Part shown: in pieces, positions 1-9,233 of the stretch
How positions within the stretch are numbered: position 1 is the stretch's first letter
Layout of the letters: each line of letters begins with the position of its first letter
Source of the DNA: an uncultured Candidatus Saccharibacteria bacterium
GTDB lineage: Bacteria; Patescibacteriota; Doudnabacteria; UBA920
NCBI GenBank assembly: GCA_964532425.1
Contig: CAZHIA010000002.1
Location: 77,945-141,944, forward strand
Direction: 5' to 3'
DNA length: 64,000 bases
The notes under the pieces: generated by a model
The model's input: the letters and a program-made list of their open reading frames with translations, nothing else
Database searches by the model: none
What the model was told of the DNA's origin: nothing
Translations under genes and position numbers: made by a program

Positions 1-184
1 TTGCTGTCCGCTACAACCGTTGAGTGTTGCCAATTTTCCAGCGTAGAGCTGGACACGGGGAAGCTTTTATCTCCATACGTGAGAGCAAACGGCGGGAGAG
101 GTGAAGGTTTGCGCGTTAAAACTTGGGCCCGTGCCGGCACGGCGGACATTCCGAACAGAAGCGCCAAAATAATAAAAAATTTTT

Positions 185-589
185 TCATACTGAGTGAGAG
201 AATATAATCTGTTGAGTCGATGGGGGGAGGTGCCGCTTGATCTTATCTGCCCATTCTATGACGGTGATGGTGTTCGGTATCTGCCAGATATCGGTCAGTC
301 CCAAGGCTTTTACTTCGCGGAAATTTTTCGTGCGATAAAGGTCGAGATGGTATAAGTGCACCATGTTGCCGGACTTGGTCTTACCGGTATAGTGGTTCAT
401 GATGACGAATGTAGGGCTGGTCACTGCCGTTTTTACCTTCAATTCTTTGGCGAGAGCTTTGGTAAACGTTGTTTTTCCTGATCCCAAGGGGCCAATGAGA
501 GCGAGTATTTCTCCACCCCGCAAGGTTTTTGCGATGCTCCGGGCCGCACGTTCGGCATCGGCCAGAGTGATGTGTATATTTTTACTCAT
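185..589 (-). CDS. tsaE: tRNA threonylcarbamoyladenosine biosynthesis ATPase TsaE (YjeE family)
   Basis: 134 aa with a P-loop 'GPLGSGKTT'. Size and overall similarity match YjeE/TsaE. Confidence 0.75.
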   Translation of the reverse strand: MSKNIHITLADAERAARSIAKTLRGGEILALIGPLGSGKTTFTKALAKELKVKTAVTSPTFVIMNHYTGKTKSGNMVHLYHLDLYRTKNFREVKALGLTDIWQIPNTITVIEWADKIKRHLPPSTQQIIFSHSV

Positions 590-773
590 ATCTTTAAGTA
601 TTGTACTATACTATAATGATTAAGTGAACGCATGGCTGATTGTCCATAATTTCCGGCATATTTAACAGGATCGCCAGAGTATGTCTTGCAAAGTACGTGG
701 AAATTTATTATAGTATTCTTTCGGAACGCGAGAGAAAACCAAGCGAAAATCAATTTTTAACCAGTGATCAAGT

Positions 774-1946
774 ATGGAATCTACCGTCTACCAGCAAATC
801 TTCGACCAGATCAACAAAGCCACACGTATCCTTATTGCATTACCGGCTCACCCAAATACCGATGCCGTTGCAAGTGGTCTTGCAATGTCCCATTTTTTTC
901 ATAAATTAGACAAAGAAGTAGATGTTGCCGCAACAGGGGAGGTTCCCGGCAACCTGTCGTTCCTGCCGGGTACCGACACTATCCGTCAGACACTCAGCAC
1001 TGGAAAAAGCCTGGTGGTTATGGTGAATATCAAGACAAAACCTTTGGATGAGGTGAGTTACCAAACGACCGAAGGGAATGTCAGTATTTATTTGAAAGCC
1101 AAAGAAGGGCAGTATGGACCGGAGGATGTCAGTTTTGCATCTGATAAAGCGCCATACGATGTGGTGATTATTCTCGGATCAGCCGCACTTTCCGATCTTG
1201 GCAGTTTATTTGATGAGAATGCGGACCTGTTCTTTGAGACCCCTAAGATCTGCGTTGATAATCACGCGAGCAGTGAATATTTTGGAGCCATTAACTTGGT
1301 TGATATTAACGCGACATCTGTCGCGGAAATGCTGTCTGGTCTATTTACTGCCTACGAGGGGCAATTGGTTGACGAAGATATTGCTACCTGCCTACTTGCC
1401 GGCATTGTCACTCAGACTAACAGTTTTCAACGGGTGCAAACCACTCCACAGGCATTTTTGAAAGCTTCCGAACTGGTCTCGCTCGGGGCGCGCCAGCAGG
1501 AAGTGATTAAGTATCTGTATAAAACCAAATCATTGTCCTTGCTCCGGTTGTGGGGTCGAGCCTTGGCCCGCTTAAAAATGGTGGATGACCTCTCTCTGGT
1601 TTACTCGCTGCTGGCTTTGTCGGATTTCGGCAAGGCAGGGGCGGACAGCAAGGATGTGCCCCAAGTACTGAAGGAACTGCTTGATAACATTTCCAGTTAT
1701 AAAATTGTGGCACTGCTGTGTGAAGTCATGGGCGGTGGAGTAGAGATTAGCCTGGCTGCCCACCATTTGATTAATTTGGAAACGTTCGGTTCCGCGCTTG
1801 GCGCGTCTGCCAGTGTAAGCCCCCAGGTCAGCGGGCAGTTTGCCATGGTGGTGGTCAGCTTACCCAACACTACGTTAAACGACGCGGAAGCAAAATTTGT
1901 GGAAGCGGTGCAAACCATATTGTCACCAGAGCCTTCGGAAAAGTAA
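774..1946 (+). CDS. DHH-family phosphoesterase (NrnA-like, possible oligoribonuclease/pAp phosphatase)
   Basis: 390 aa with an N-terminal 'ALPAHPNTDAVASGLAM' motif followed by a 'DNHASS' region typical of DHH/DHHA1 proteins. Terminator hairpin at 2008-2045. Confidence 0.5.
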   Translation: MESTVYQQIFDQINKATRILIALPAHPNTDAVASGLAMSHFFHKLDKEVDVAATGEVPGNLSFLPGTDTIRQTLSTGKSLVVMVNIKTKPLDEVSYQTTEGNVSIYLKAKEGQYGPEDVSFASDKAPYDVVIILGSAALSDLGSLFDENADLFFETPKICVDNHASSEYFGAINLVDINATSVAEMLSGLFTAYEGQLVDEDIATCLLAGIVTQTNSFQRVQTTPQAFLKASELVSLGARQQEVIKYLYKTKSLSLLRLWGRALARLKMVDDLSLVYSLLALSDFGKAGADSKDVPQVLKELLDNISSYKIVALLCEVMGGGVEISLAAHHLINLETFGSALGASASVSPQVSGQFAMVVVSLPNTTLNDAEAKFVEAVQTILSPEPSEK

Positions 1947-2007
1947 GATCCCGAACTCCGGAGGATGTACGGATATACAGACAGTTCAAATTAGTATTCC
2001 CATAGAA

Positions 2008-2045
2008 AGCCCGCCCGATCATTTGGATTGGGCGGATTTTTATTT
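2008..2045 (+). terminator. Rho-independent terminator (GCCCGCCCGATC...GATTGGGCGG + T-tract)
   Basis: GC-rich inverted repeat followed by TTTTTATTT immediately after the 774-1946 CDS. Confidence 0.6.
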
Positions 2046-2074
2046 CTGACAATGTCGGTCGGAAATGGTATAAT
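2044..2074 (+). promoter_or_regulatory. sigma70-like promoter for pilB (CTGACA-17-TATAAT)
   Basis: 'ctgacaatgtcggtcggaaatggtataat' about 30 nt upstream of the pilB start. Confidence 0.5.
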
Positions 2075-2104
2075 ATATGCATCGATAAATCTCCTGAAAC
2101 AAAA

Positions 2105-3760
2105 ATGTCCACTAATGGATTTTTAACCAGTACGCCGGATGAACTGCAGCATGCCATGCATGAGGTTAACCGGAAAATGGCCGAGCAGGAAGCCCAAGCC
2201 AGGGCCGGCTCTTTGGGTTTGCCGTACATCGATCTTCATAATTTCCCTATCGACCTGAATGTGCTCGGCATGCTCACAAAAGAAGAGGCTATTGCAGCCG
2301 AAGCCGTGCCGTTCTATCGAGAAAACACGGACATGCGCATTGGAGTTATGAATCCGGGTAACCAGCTGCTCAAAGAGAAGGTTGCGGTGTTTTCAAAGAA
2401 ATTCAAGGTCAAACTCTATTACATTTCCCGTTATAGTTTTGACCAGACCATGAAGTTTTACAGCAAGGTCATTAGTGTCAAAAGCAAGCATGATGAGATT
2501 GTGCGGGTGGACCAGGAGCTTGATTACATCAAATTGTTCCAGGATTTGAAGGATGAGGAGCTGCAAAAGAAGCAGAATGCCACTGAACTTCTGGGGATGA
2601 TATTTGGCGGGAGCATGTTTTACAAATCATCGGATATTCACTTGGAGCCGGAAGAGCACTTTTTTAAGCTGCGTTACCGCGTGGATGGCGTGCTGCAGGA
2701 TATCCTGCATTTGAGTACGGATTTGCACCGGCCACTAGTAGCCCGCATCAAAGTAATTTCTAAATTAAAATTGAACGTGGAGAATGTGCCGCAGGACGGC
2801 CGCTTCACCTTTTATTATCTTGGCAAGCCCATTGATGTCCGTGTGTCCACCCTTCCTTCCGCTTATGGAGAGGAAGTGGTTATGCGCTTGTTGGGCACCG
2901 GAGCGGTTGGGTTGAAGCTTGTCGATCTGGGATTCCGTCCAGAAACCCGTGACATTGTTGAACGTGCCATTACCAAACCGAACGGCATGATTGTGACCAC
3001 TGGTCCTACCGGCAGCGGTAAAACCACATCACTTTATGCGCTATTGAATGAATTGAACGAGCCGGGCGTGAAGATTATTACTTTGGAAGATCCGGTGGAA
3101 TACAAACTGGAAGGCATTGTACAGACACCGATCGACCACAGTGTAGATTTTGATTTTGCCAAAGGTTTGCGCGCGATCTTGCGCCAGGACCCGGATATTG
3201 TTATGGTTGGTGAAATTCGCGACCAGGAAACGGCCGAGACTGCCATGCAAGCTGCCCTGACCGGACATTTGGTACTGTCGACGCTACACACAAACGATGC
3301 AGCCGGTGCCATTCCACGCCTTATTAATATGGGGGTGAAGCCATTCGTGATCGGCCCTGCCTTGTCTGTGGTCATGGCACAACGCTTGGTTCGCCGTCTT
3401 TGCCAGAATTGCAAAACCGAAGCCAAACTCTCTCCAGCTATCATGGAAAAGATTGTTTACCTGATGAAGCAACTGCCCCCGCAGTTAAATATAAAACTAC
3501 CGGAACCTCTGATGTTTTACCATTCAACTGGCTGCGACGCTTGCCATAATCTGGGATACAAAGGCCGGATCGGGATTTATGAAGCCTTAGAAAACACCGA
3601 AGCAGTACAAAAGCTCATAATGGAAGAGGCTTCCATGAGTGAATTTCGTCGCGCTGGTATAGCCCAGGGTATGGTTACCATGGTGCAGGATGGATTACTA
3701 AAGGCACTAGACGGTATTACAGATGTGGAAGAGGTATTTCGGGTGGCGGGAGAAGGATAA
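2105..3760 (+). CDS. pilB: Type IV pilus / type II secretion assembly ATPase (PilB/GspE family)
   Basis: 551 aa. Walker A 'GPTGSGKTT', the Asp-box and His-box, and C-terminal tetracysteine-like 'CxxC...CxxC' motifs are all present, as in GspE/PilB ATPases. Confidence 0.9.
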   Translation: MSTNGFLTSTPDELQHAMHEVNRKMAEQEAQARAGSLGLPYIDLHNFPIDLNVLGMLTKEEAIAAEAVPFYRENTDMRIGVMNPGNQLLKEKVAVFSKKFKVKLYYISRYSFDQTMKFYSKVISVKSKHDEIVRVDQELDYIKLFQDLKDEELQKKQNATELLGMIFGGSMFYKSSDIHLEPEEHFFKLRYRVDGVLQDILHLSTDLHRPLVARIKVISKLKLNVENVPQDGRFTFYYLGKPIDVRVSTLPSAYGEEVVMRLLGTGAVGLKLVDLGFRPETRDIVERAITKPNGMIVTTGPTGSGKTTSLYALLNELNEPGVKIITLEDPVEYKLEGIVQTPIDHSVDFDFAKGLRAILRQDPDIVMVGEIRDQETAETAMQAALTGHLVLSTLHTNDAAGAIPRLINMGVKPFVIGPALSVVMAQRLVRRLCQNCKTEAKLSPAIMEKIVYLMKQLPPQLNIKLPEPLMFYHSTGCDACHNLGYKGRIGIYEALENTEAVQKLIMEEASMSEFRRAGIAQGMVTMVQDGLLKALDGITDVEEVFRVAGEG

Positions 3761-3790
3761 AAAGATAGAAAATAGAAAAATAAAAAGATG

Positions 3791-3822
3791 AGACCGCCAT
3801 CTGGGAAGATGGCGGTCTTTGA
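3791..3822. terminator. Bidirectional terminator hairpin (AGACCGCCATC...GATGGCGGTCT)
   Basis: Perfect 11-bp stem with a T-run on the + strand and an A-run before it. It follows pilB and also the small minus-strand ORF at 3823-3990. Confidence 0.65.
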
Positions 3823-3990
3823 CTAATCTGCGATGCGGCGCTGGTAGAGTTCCTTCTCTTCGTCGTAGGTGAACACCCACTTAATGAAAGCAAAGATCCC
3901 AAACAGGGCTTCTTTGAAGGAAGGACGGGGGAGTGGTTGGATGCCATGCCGGTCAGTCTGTTCTGCTGTTTGCAACAGCGAAACGGTCAT
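3823..3990 (-). CDS. Small hypothetical protein (55 aa; MTVSLLQTAEQTDRHGIQPLPRPSFKEALFGIFAFIKWVFTYDEEKELYQRRIAD)
   Basis: Absent from the ORF track because it is under 60 aa. Strong RBS GGAGG 5 nt before the ATG (minus strand). It ends at the bidirectional terminator. Confidence 0.3.
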   Translation of the reverse strand: MTVSLLQTAEQTDRHGIQPLPRPSFKEALFGIFAFIKWVFTYDEEKELYQRRIAD

Positions 3991-4044
3991 TTGGGCCTCC
4001 TATATGGGAGCAGTATGGCAAAAAATATAAGATTTTACAAATCA

Positions 4045-4074
4045 TTTGCAGAAAATAAATATTTATGCTATAAT
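4045..4074 (+). promoter_or_regulatory. Promoter (TTGCAG-18-TATAAT with TG extension)
   Basis: 'ttgcagaaaataaatatttatgctataat' upstream of the 4162 ORF. Confidence 0.45.
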
Positions 4075-4161
4075 AGATATATCAAAGTCCGACCGAGAAA
4101 TAAAAATCAAAATTAAATCGCAAATAACAACAATAAAGCCAAATTAGCTTTTTGTTGTGGT

Positions 4162-4890
4162 TTGCAATCGCACATGGCCCCGTACACGTATCACCGCCGT
4201 TGGGAAAAGGTGCTGCCAAGGCGTCGCTTCATCCAGAGATTGCAGGATGGCGCTTCTTTGGCCACCGAACTATTTGCCGCCGAGATCCATTCGGTAGTGG
4301 CTTTGGTGTTTGTATTCTTTGCGGCGAGTTCGGTAGCGTTGGGGGCAATGCTGGCTTCAAGCCAGGATATAGGCTTTGCAGATATTGTGCACGCGACTAG
4401 GATTCAGAGCACAGGGCAACCGCAGGTGGCAGGTGCGCAGATCTTTAATCCTCAAATTTTAGCTCAAACAGGTGATTTTGAAGCGGTGGTGTACCAAACC
4501 AGGGAATCAGGACAGGCCAATGGTTACCATTTAGAATGGAAACGGACGAAGGAGCAGCAGCTTTCCATAGCTGTCAATCACAATGTATTGTTGGACAAAG
4601 GCCCGTCCATCGGTTCAGTTGATTTTCAAGTGCCGGATGGTGCAGTTACTACGGTTGAGATTTTTTCCCGACCTGACCGGCGCGGTTCTGTATTAGCCTC
4701 TGTTGAGCTTGCTGCCAGCACTGGAACAGTTGAGTGTGGTTTGGAGCTCCCGCCTTTGGGGTGTGTATACCGGCTTGCCGGTCCGGAAGAGAATGCTGGA
4801 TTGTGCGGCATGGTCCTGGATTGTGTTGACCAAGGTAGTCAACCCGGATCCGAAGGACAGCCACTGGCTGTCGCTGGTCCGACTGAGTAA
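4162..4890 (+). CDS. Hypothetical protein with one hydrophobic segment; GC-elevated ORF
   Basis: 242-codon ORF bracketed by a promoter (4045-4074) and a terminator hairpin (4907-4938). No recognisable family and no clear RBS. GC is higher than in the flanks. Confidence 0.4.
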   Translation: MQSHMAPYTYHRRWEKVLPRRRFIQRLQDGASLATELFAAEIHSVVALVFVFFAASSVALGAMLASSQDIGFADIVHATRIQSTGQPQVAGAQIFNPQILAQTGDFEAVVYQTRESGQANGYHLEWKRTKEQQLSIAVNHNVLLDKGPSIGSVDFQVPDGAVTTVEIFSRPDRRGSVLASVELAASTGTVECGLELPPLGCVYRLAGPEENAGLCGMVLDCVDQGSQPGSEGQPLAVAGPTE

Positions 4891-4906
4891 AATACTTAAA
4901 ATACCA

Positions 4907-4938
4907 AGCGCCCCGACATCTATCGGGGCGCTTTCAAT
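4907..4938 (+). terminator. Rho-independent terminator (AGCGCCCCGA...TCGGGGCGCT + TTTCAATT)
   Basis: Perfect inverted repeat after the 4162-4890 ORF. Confidence 0.6.
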
Positions 4939-5012
4939 TGGCCATGGGACCCGGTATAATACCTAAGAAGACTATCCGGAATATGCCCCCGAATTGTTAA
5001 TCATCAATTACC

Positions 5013-7787
5013 ATGGTTCCACCAAAGAAAAACAAGCGCCGATACATGCTGATCGACGGGAATGCCCTCATTCACCGCGGTTTTCATGCTATTCCAGCCC
5101 TATCCACCAAAACCGGCGAGGTGACGAATGCTGTCTATGGTTTTACTATGATTCTGCTTAATGCTATTAAAGACATTAAGCCGACGCATATTGCCTGTAG
5201 TTTTGACCTGGCTGGACCCACTTTCCGTCACGAACAGTATAAAGAGTACAAGGCTACGCGCGTGACTGTGGATGAGGGATTATACGCGCAGATTCCGCGG
5301 GTGCACGAGGTGGTGGAGACTTTAGGTATTCCCATTTTTACCAAACAAGGTTTTGAAGCTGACGATGTTTTGGGTACTTTGGCCAAAGAGATCTGCAAAC
5401 ACTGTGATGATGATTGTGAAGTGATTATCGTAACTGGTGACCTGGACACCCTGCAATTGGTCACTCCATGTGTCAAAGTCTATACCATGCGCAAAGGGAT
5501 CACTGACACGTTTATTTATGATGAAAAGGCTGTGCGCGAACGGTTTGGCTTAAGCCCTGACCAGATGGTTGACTATAAAGCTTTGCGCGGCGACCCTTCC
5601 GATAACATTCCGGGTGTGAAAGGTATTGGCGAGAAGACGGCCAGCGAACTGATCCAGGAATTCGGCAGTTTTCAAAAATTGTACGATGCCGTCGAAGCGG
5701 ACGAAACTAACGGTAAAATAAAACCTCGCATTTTGGAATTGCTCAAAACCCAGAAGGATCAGGCATTGCAGTCGTACCAGCTATCTCAGATCGTCACGAC
5801 CGTCCCGCTCGAGATTGTCATTAACCCGTATGTGCTTGATGGGGTGCACTTGCGTGCCACATTGAAGTTGTTTCAAGAATTGGAGTTCAAAAGTTTGGTG
5901 AGCAAGCTTCCTAAGGCCGAACCCATGCTGGATGGCGAGGAGCAGGAAGAGGAAAAAATCCAGGTTGCGGTTAAAAAAATTGACCAGCAGTATGAGCTTA
6001 TAGAAGATGTAGAAAAACTTGATAGTATTCTGGAAGAACTTTCCAGCTTGCCGGAAGTTGCCATAGATACCGAAACAGACAGCCTGGAAGTAGTAAGCGC
6101 AAATTTGATCGGGTTAACGCTCTGCGGTGTGGAAGGGCTGTCCTACTATATTCCTGCAGTGGTATTGAAACAGAGTAAAAAAGCGGCAGCGTTTTTGTCT
6201 GGAACTCAGGTTAAGAAGATTGGCCATAATTTGAAATTCGATGCCATTGTACTGGCGAATTTTGGCATGCCGTTACATCCGCAAGTTTTTGATACCATGA
6301 TCGCTTCATATTTACTAAACCCAGGCAATCGGCAGCATAATCTGGAAACCTTGGCCTTTAACGAGCTGGGTTACCAGATGCAGCCTATCGAAGAACTGAT
6401 CGGTAAAGGAAAAAAACAAATCAGCATGGCCGAGGTACCGGTGGACAAAGTATCCTGGTATGCCTGCGAGGACAGTGATATGACATTGCGGTTGAAACAT
6501 ATATTTGAGCCGCTCATCACCCGCGAGAAACTGGATAAGATCTTTTACGAAATTGAGATGCCGCTCGTGGAAGTCCTGGCTAATTTGGAATGCAACGGCA
6601 TTCTGTTGGACCAGAAAATGCTCAACAAGCTGTCCGGCACCGCGGAAGTGGAGATTAACGAGCTAGAGCAACAAATTTACAAGCTGACCGGTCAGGAATT
6701 CAACATAAATTCTCCAAAACAGCTCAAAGAAGTGTTGTTCGAAAAGATGGGACTCGTTCCAGTCGACAATAAAAAGACCAAGACCGGTATTTCCACCGCG
6801 GCGGGGGAATTGGAAAAAATGCTTGGCCAGCATCCGGTCATTGAAAAACTGCTGTCATACCGCGAACTGGCCAAATTACAATCTACCTATTTATTAGCTT
6901 TGCCCGAATTGGTGAATGAAAAGACCGGCAGGCTGCATACCAGCTTCAACCAGACCGTCGCAGCGACGGGTAGGTTGTCTTCTTCTGATCCGAATCTGCA
7001 AAACATCCCGGTGCGGGGAGAGGGTTTGGGGTCGGAGATCCGCAAGGCGTTCGTGGCAGCCAAAGGTTTTGAACTGTTATCACTCGATTATTCCCAGATT
7101 GAATTGCGCATTGTAGCGCATGTGGCCCAGGACCAGGCCATGATGGACGTATTTAAGAAAGGTGAGGACATTCACAGTCGGACAGCTTCGCAGATTTTTG
7201 GCGTGCCGGAAGACAAAGTAACGGCGGACATGCGCCGTGATGCCAAGACTATCAATTTCGGCATCCTGTACGGCATTTCCGGTTTTGGACTTTCCGAGCG
7301 CATCCGTGATATGAGCCGAGGCGAGGCACAGGATTACATTAAGAAATATTTCGCCGCGTACCCGCAGGTGGAAGCTTATATCGAACAGGTTAAGCTCCAG
7401 GTGCACGAAGAAGGGTTCGTTAGGAACCAGTTGGGGCGCATTCGCAAGTTCCCTGAGATTAAATCTTCACAGTTCTTCATTCGTGCTGCAGCCGAGCGTG
7501 CAGCTATTAATTTCCCTATCCAGTCTTTGGCTGCTGATGTTATCAAAGTGGCTATGAACAACATTTTTACTGAGATCAAAGACAAGCCTGAAGAGATAAA
7601 AATGCTTCTGCAGGTGCACGACGAATTGGTCTTCGAGGTCAAAGAAGGCAAGGTGGAGCAGTGGGCTAAAAAGCTCAAAGTCATGATGGAAGAAGCTATT
7701 TCCCTCTCTGTACCTATTAATGCCGAAGCTAAGGCGGGGAAGAATTGGGGAGAAATGAAGCCATTGAACAAAATTGATCAAAATTGA
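5013..7787 (+). CDS. polA: DNA polymerase I (5'-3' exonuclease + 3'-5' exonuclease-like + polymerase domains)
   Basis: 924 aa. The N-terminal FEN-like region ('LIDGNALIHRGFHA'), the polymerase motif A ('LLSLDYSQIELRIVAH') and motif C ('QVHDELVFEV') are all present. Confidence 0.92.
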   Translation: MVPPKKNKRRYMLIDGNALIHRGFHAIPALSTKTGEVTNAVYGFTMILLNAIKDIKPTHIACSFDLAGPTFRHEQYKEYKATRVTVDEGLYAQIPRVHEVVETLGIPIFTKQGFEADDVLGTLAKEICKHCDDDCEVIIVTGDLDTLQLVTPCVKVYTMRKGITDTFIYDEKAVRERFGLSPDQMVDYKALRGDPSDNIPGVKGIGEKTASELIQEFGSFQKLYDAVEADETNGKIKPRILELLKTQKDQALQSYQLSQIVTTVPLEIVINPYVLDGVHLRATLKLFQELEFKSLVSKLPKAEPMLDGEEQEEEKIQVAVKKIDQQYELIEDVEKLDSILEELSSLPEVAIDTETDSLEVVSANLIGLTLCGVEGLSYYIPAVVLKQSKKAAAFLSGTQVKKIGHNLKFDAIVLANFGMPLHPQVFDTMIASYLLNPGNRQHNLETLAFNELGYQMQPIEELIGKGKKQISMAEVPVDKVSWYACEDSDMTLRLKHIFEPLITREKLDKIFYEIEMPLVEVLANLECNGILLDQKMLNKLSGTAEVEINELEQQIYKLTGQEFNINSPKQLKEVLFEKMGLVPVDNKKTKTGISTAAGELEKMLGQHPVIEKLLSYRELAKLQSTYLLALPELVNEKTGRLHTSFNQTVAATGRLSSSDPNLQNIPVRGEGLGSEIRKAFVAAKGFELLSLDYSQIELRIVAHVAQDQAMMDVFKKGEDIHSRTASQIFGVPEDKVTADMRRDAKTINFGILYGISGFGLSERIRDMSRGEAQDYIKKYFAAYPQVEAYIEQVKLQVHEEGFVRNQLGRIRKFPEIKSSQFFIRAAAERAAINFPIQSLAADVIKVAMNNIFTEIKDKPEEIKMLLQVHDELVFEVKEGKVEQWAKKLKVMMEEAISLSVPINAEAKAGKNWGEMKPLNKIDQN

Positions 7788-7954
7788 CATAATTGATCAA
7801 AATTGTAGTGCAGACCCCGTCACCTGGGACAGTGAACCAGGTAAAATTGTCTCGCATCACGCTAGACATTCTGTATTAGACCAGGTGACAAGGGTGTGGG
7901 TTACATGATTTATTTTTTTCTGAACATTTACGAACTAATTAGGCGTATTAGAAA

Positions 7955-9124
7955 ATGAATCCGGAATATAAACCTTCGGAAGAAGAAATCAAAAAGGCAG
8001 AAGAAATTTTGCAGGATAATCCTGAGTTGGATCGGCAAACAAATTTGCGAGAGCAATACCATAAACAGGAGCGGGCGCCATTTGATGATTTTCTCGATTT
8101 GGATGACACAAGTGAGCAGCGCCGCGAGCCGACATCGGAAGAGCACGAGCGACTTGATCGCAACCTTGCGCAATTATCTGAACTGTTTGCTGGTTCTGGT
8201 GTTCGCTGGAATCTGGATGGCGCGATAAATATTTCCCTGGTGCGCGGAGAGTACATTGGCATCCATAAGGATGTTGATATCTCTGTGGAAACTGAGGATA
8301 TCGCAAAACTCGATGAAGCTCTCGGCAGGAAAGGGTATGGGTTGTTCCTGTCGTATCCCAAAGACCCGGCGGCAGAACGCTCAATGAACACTATGGAGCG
8401 TGTGGGTGCCGGACGGTTCAGTCACGAACACTCAAACAACTTAATGATTGCAGCCATCGACGAACAAGGGAAAATCCAAGAAAGCGGCGGGCCGCAATTG
8501 AATTTTATCGACGTGCATCTCATTGAACGGGATGAAACAGGGAACGCCCGCGGTTTTGGCGGTGTAGAAATTCCTAATATCTGGGCAGAAAAGATTCGGA
8601 CGGAGTACCAGGGTCATGAATTGTATGTATCACACCCAGCCAAAGTTGCCTACTACAAGCTGCATGGCGTACGGGCGTACGACATGAATGATGTCAGATT
8701 GTTATGCGAAGCTGGTGTCTTGAGTTTAAATGATGCAAAAGATTTGCGGGCTATCATGGAGCGAGAATTTCAGACTCGTAATGCCGGGGTGGCAAAGCTT
8801 TGTGAACAGTTTTCGGGGGAAATGAAACCAGGGATGGACGCAGGCCAGATCGAGCATATTTTTTTGAATAACCCGGCGGTTGCAGCGCGGTTGGAGGCTG
8901 AGCCTAAACGTCGGGCTGACTTTGAACAGCGTTTTCACGAAGCTGCTGTCACGCTGGCGGCGGCAGGCGATTATACATTCGAAACCATCAAGGCTGCCGT
9001 ATTCAAGCATTTCAACATTGAAGGCTCGTTCGATGAAATGGATGGCAAACTACAAAAAATGGAACAGTGGGTGGGAGAGTTCGAGGCTGTTAAGCAAGCT
9101 AGGAAAGAAGTCCAAAATTCGTAA
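7955..9124 (+). CDS. Hypothetical protein with nucleotidyltransferase-like motif
   Basis: 389 aa. 'GIHKDVDISVE' resembles the G-x-[DE]h[DE]h signature of a Pol-beta-type nucleotidyltransferase. The N-terminus is acidic and coiled. Confidence 0.45.
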   Translation: MNPEYKPSEEEIKKAEEILQDNPELDRQTNLREQYHKQERAPFDDFLDLDDTSEQRREPTSEEHERLDRNLAQLSELFAGSGVRWNLDGAINISLVRGEYIGIHKDVDISVETEDIAKLDEALGRKGYGLFLSYPKDPAAERSMNTMERVGAGRFSHEHSNNLMIAAIDEQGKIQESGGPQLNFIDVHLIERDETGNARGFGGVEIPNIWAEKIRTEYQGHELYVSHPAKVAYYKLHGVRAYDMNDVRLLCEAGVLSLNDAKDLRAIMEREFQTRNAGVAKLCEQFSGEMKPGMDAGQIEHIFLNNPAVAARLEAEPKRRADFEQRFHEAAVTLAAAGDYTFETIKAAVFKHFNIEGSFDEMDGKLQKMEQWVGEFEAVKQARKEVQNS

Positions 9125-9126
9125 AC

Positions 9127-9212
9127 GCGCATAACGCGCGGCCGCGCGTTATGCGAGTTGTAAAATTGATAGACAAAAAATGCCTGGTTTCCCAGGCATT
9201 TTAAAATGCATA
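9127..9212 (+). terminator. Tandem hairpins (CGCATAACGCGCGGCCGCGCGTTATGCG; AATGCCTGGTTTCCCAGGCATTTT)
   Basis: Two perfect palindromes after the 7955-9124 CDS. The second is followed by a T-tract. Confidence 0.6.
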
Positions 9213-9233
9213 AAAACAGGAAAAGCGCTATAA

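Noticed and set aside
7829-7890. Inverted repeat GTCACCTGG...CCAGGTGAC after polA as a terminator
   Set aside because: It has a 45-nt loop and no T-tract, so it is weak as an intrinsic terminator. It could be a protein-binding site but the evidence is insufficient to call it.
8726-9010. 94-aa minus ORF and other 60-100-aa ORFs (for example 1198-1461, 3034-3444, 6315-6500, 10308-10634, 17141-17623, 18179-18532, 33619-34065) inside larger genes
   Set aside because: They lie within or antisense to well-supported longer CDSs and have no RBS or independent signals.
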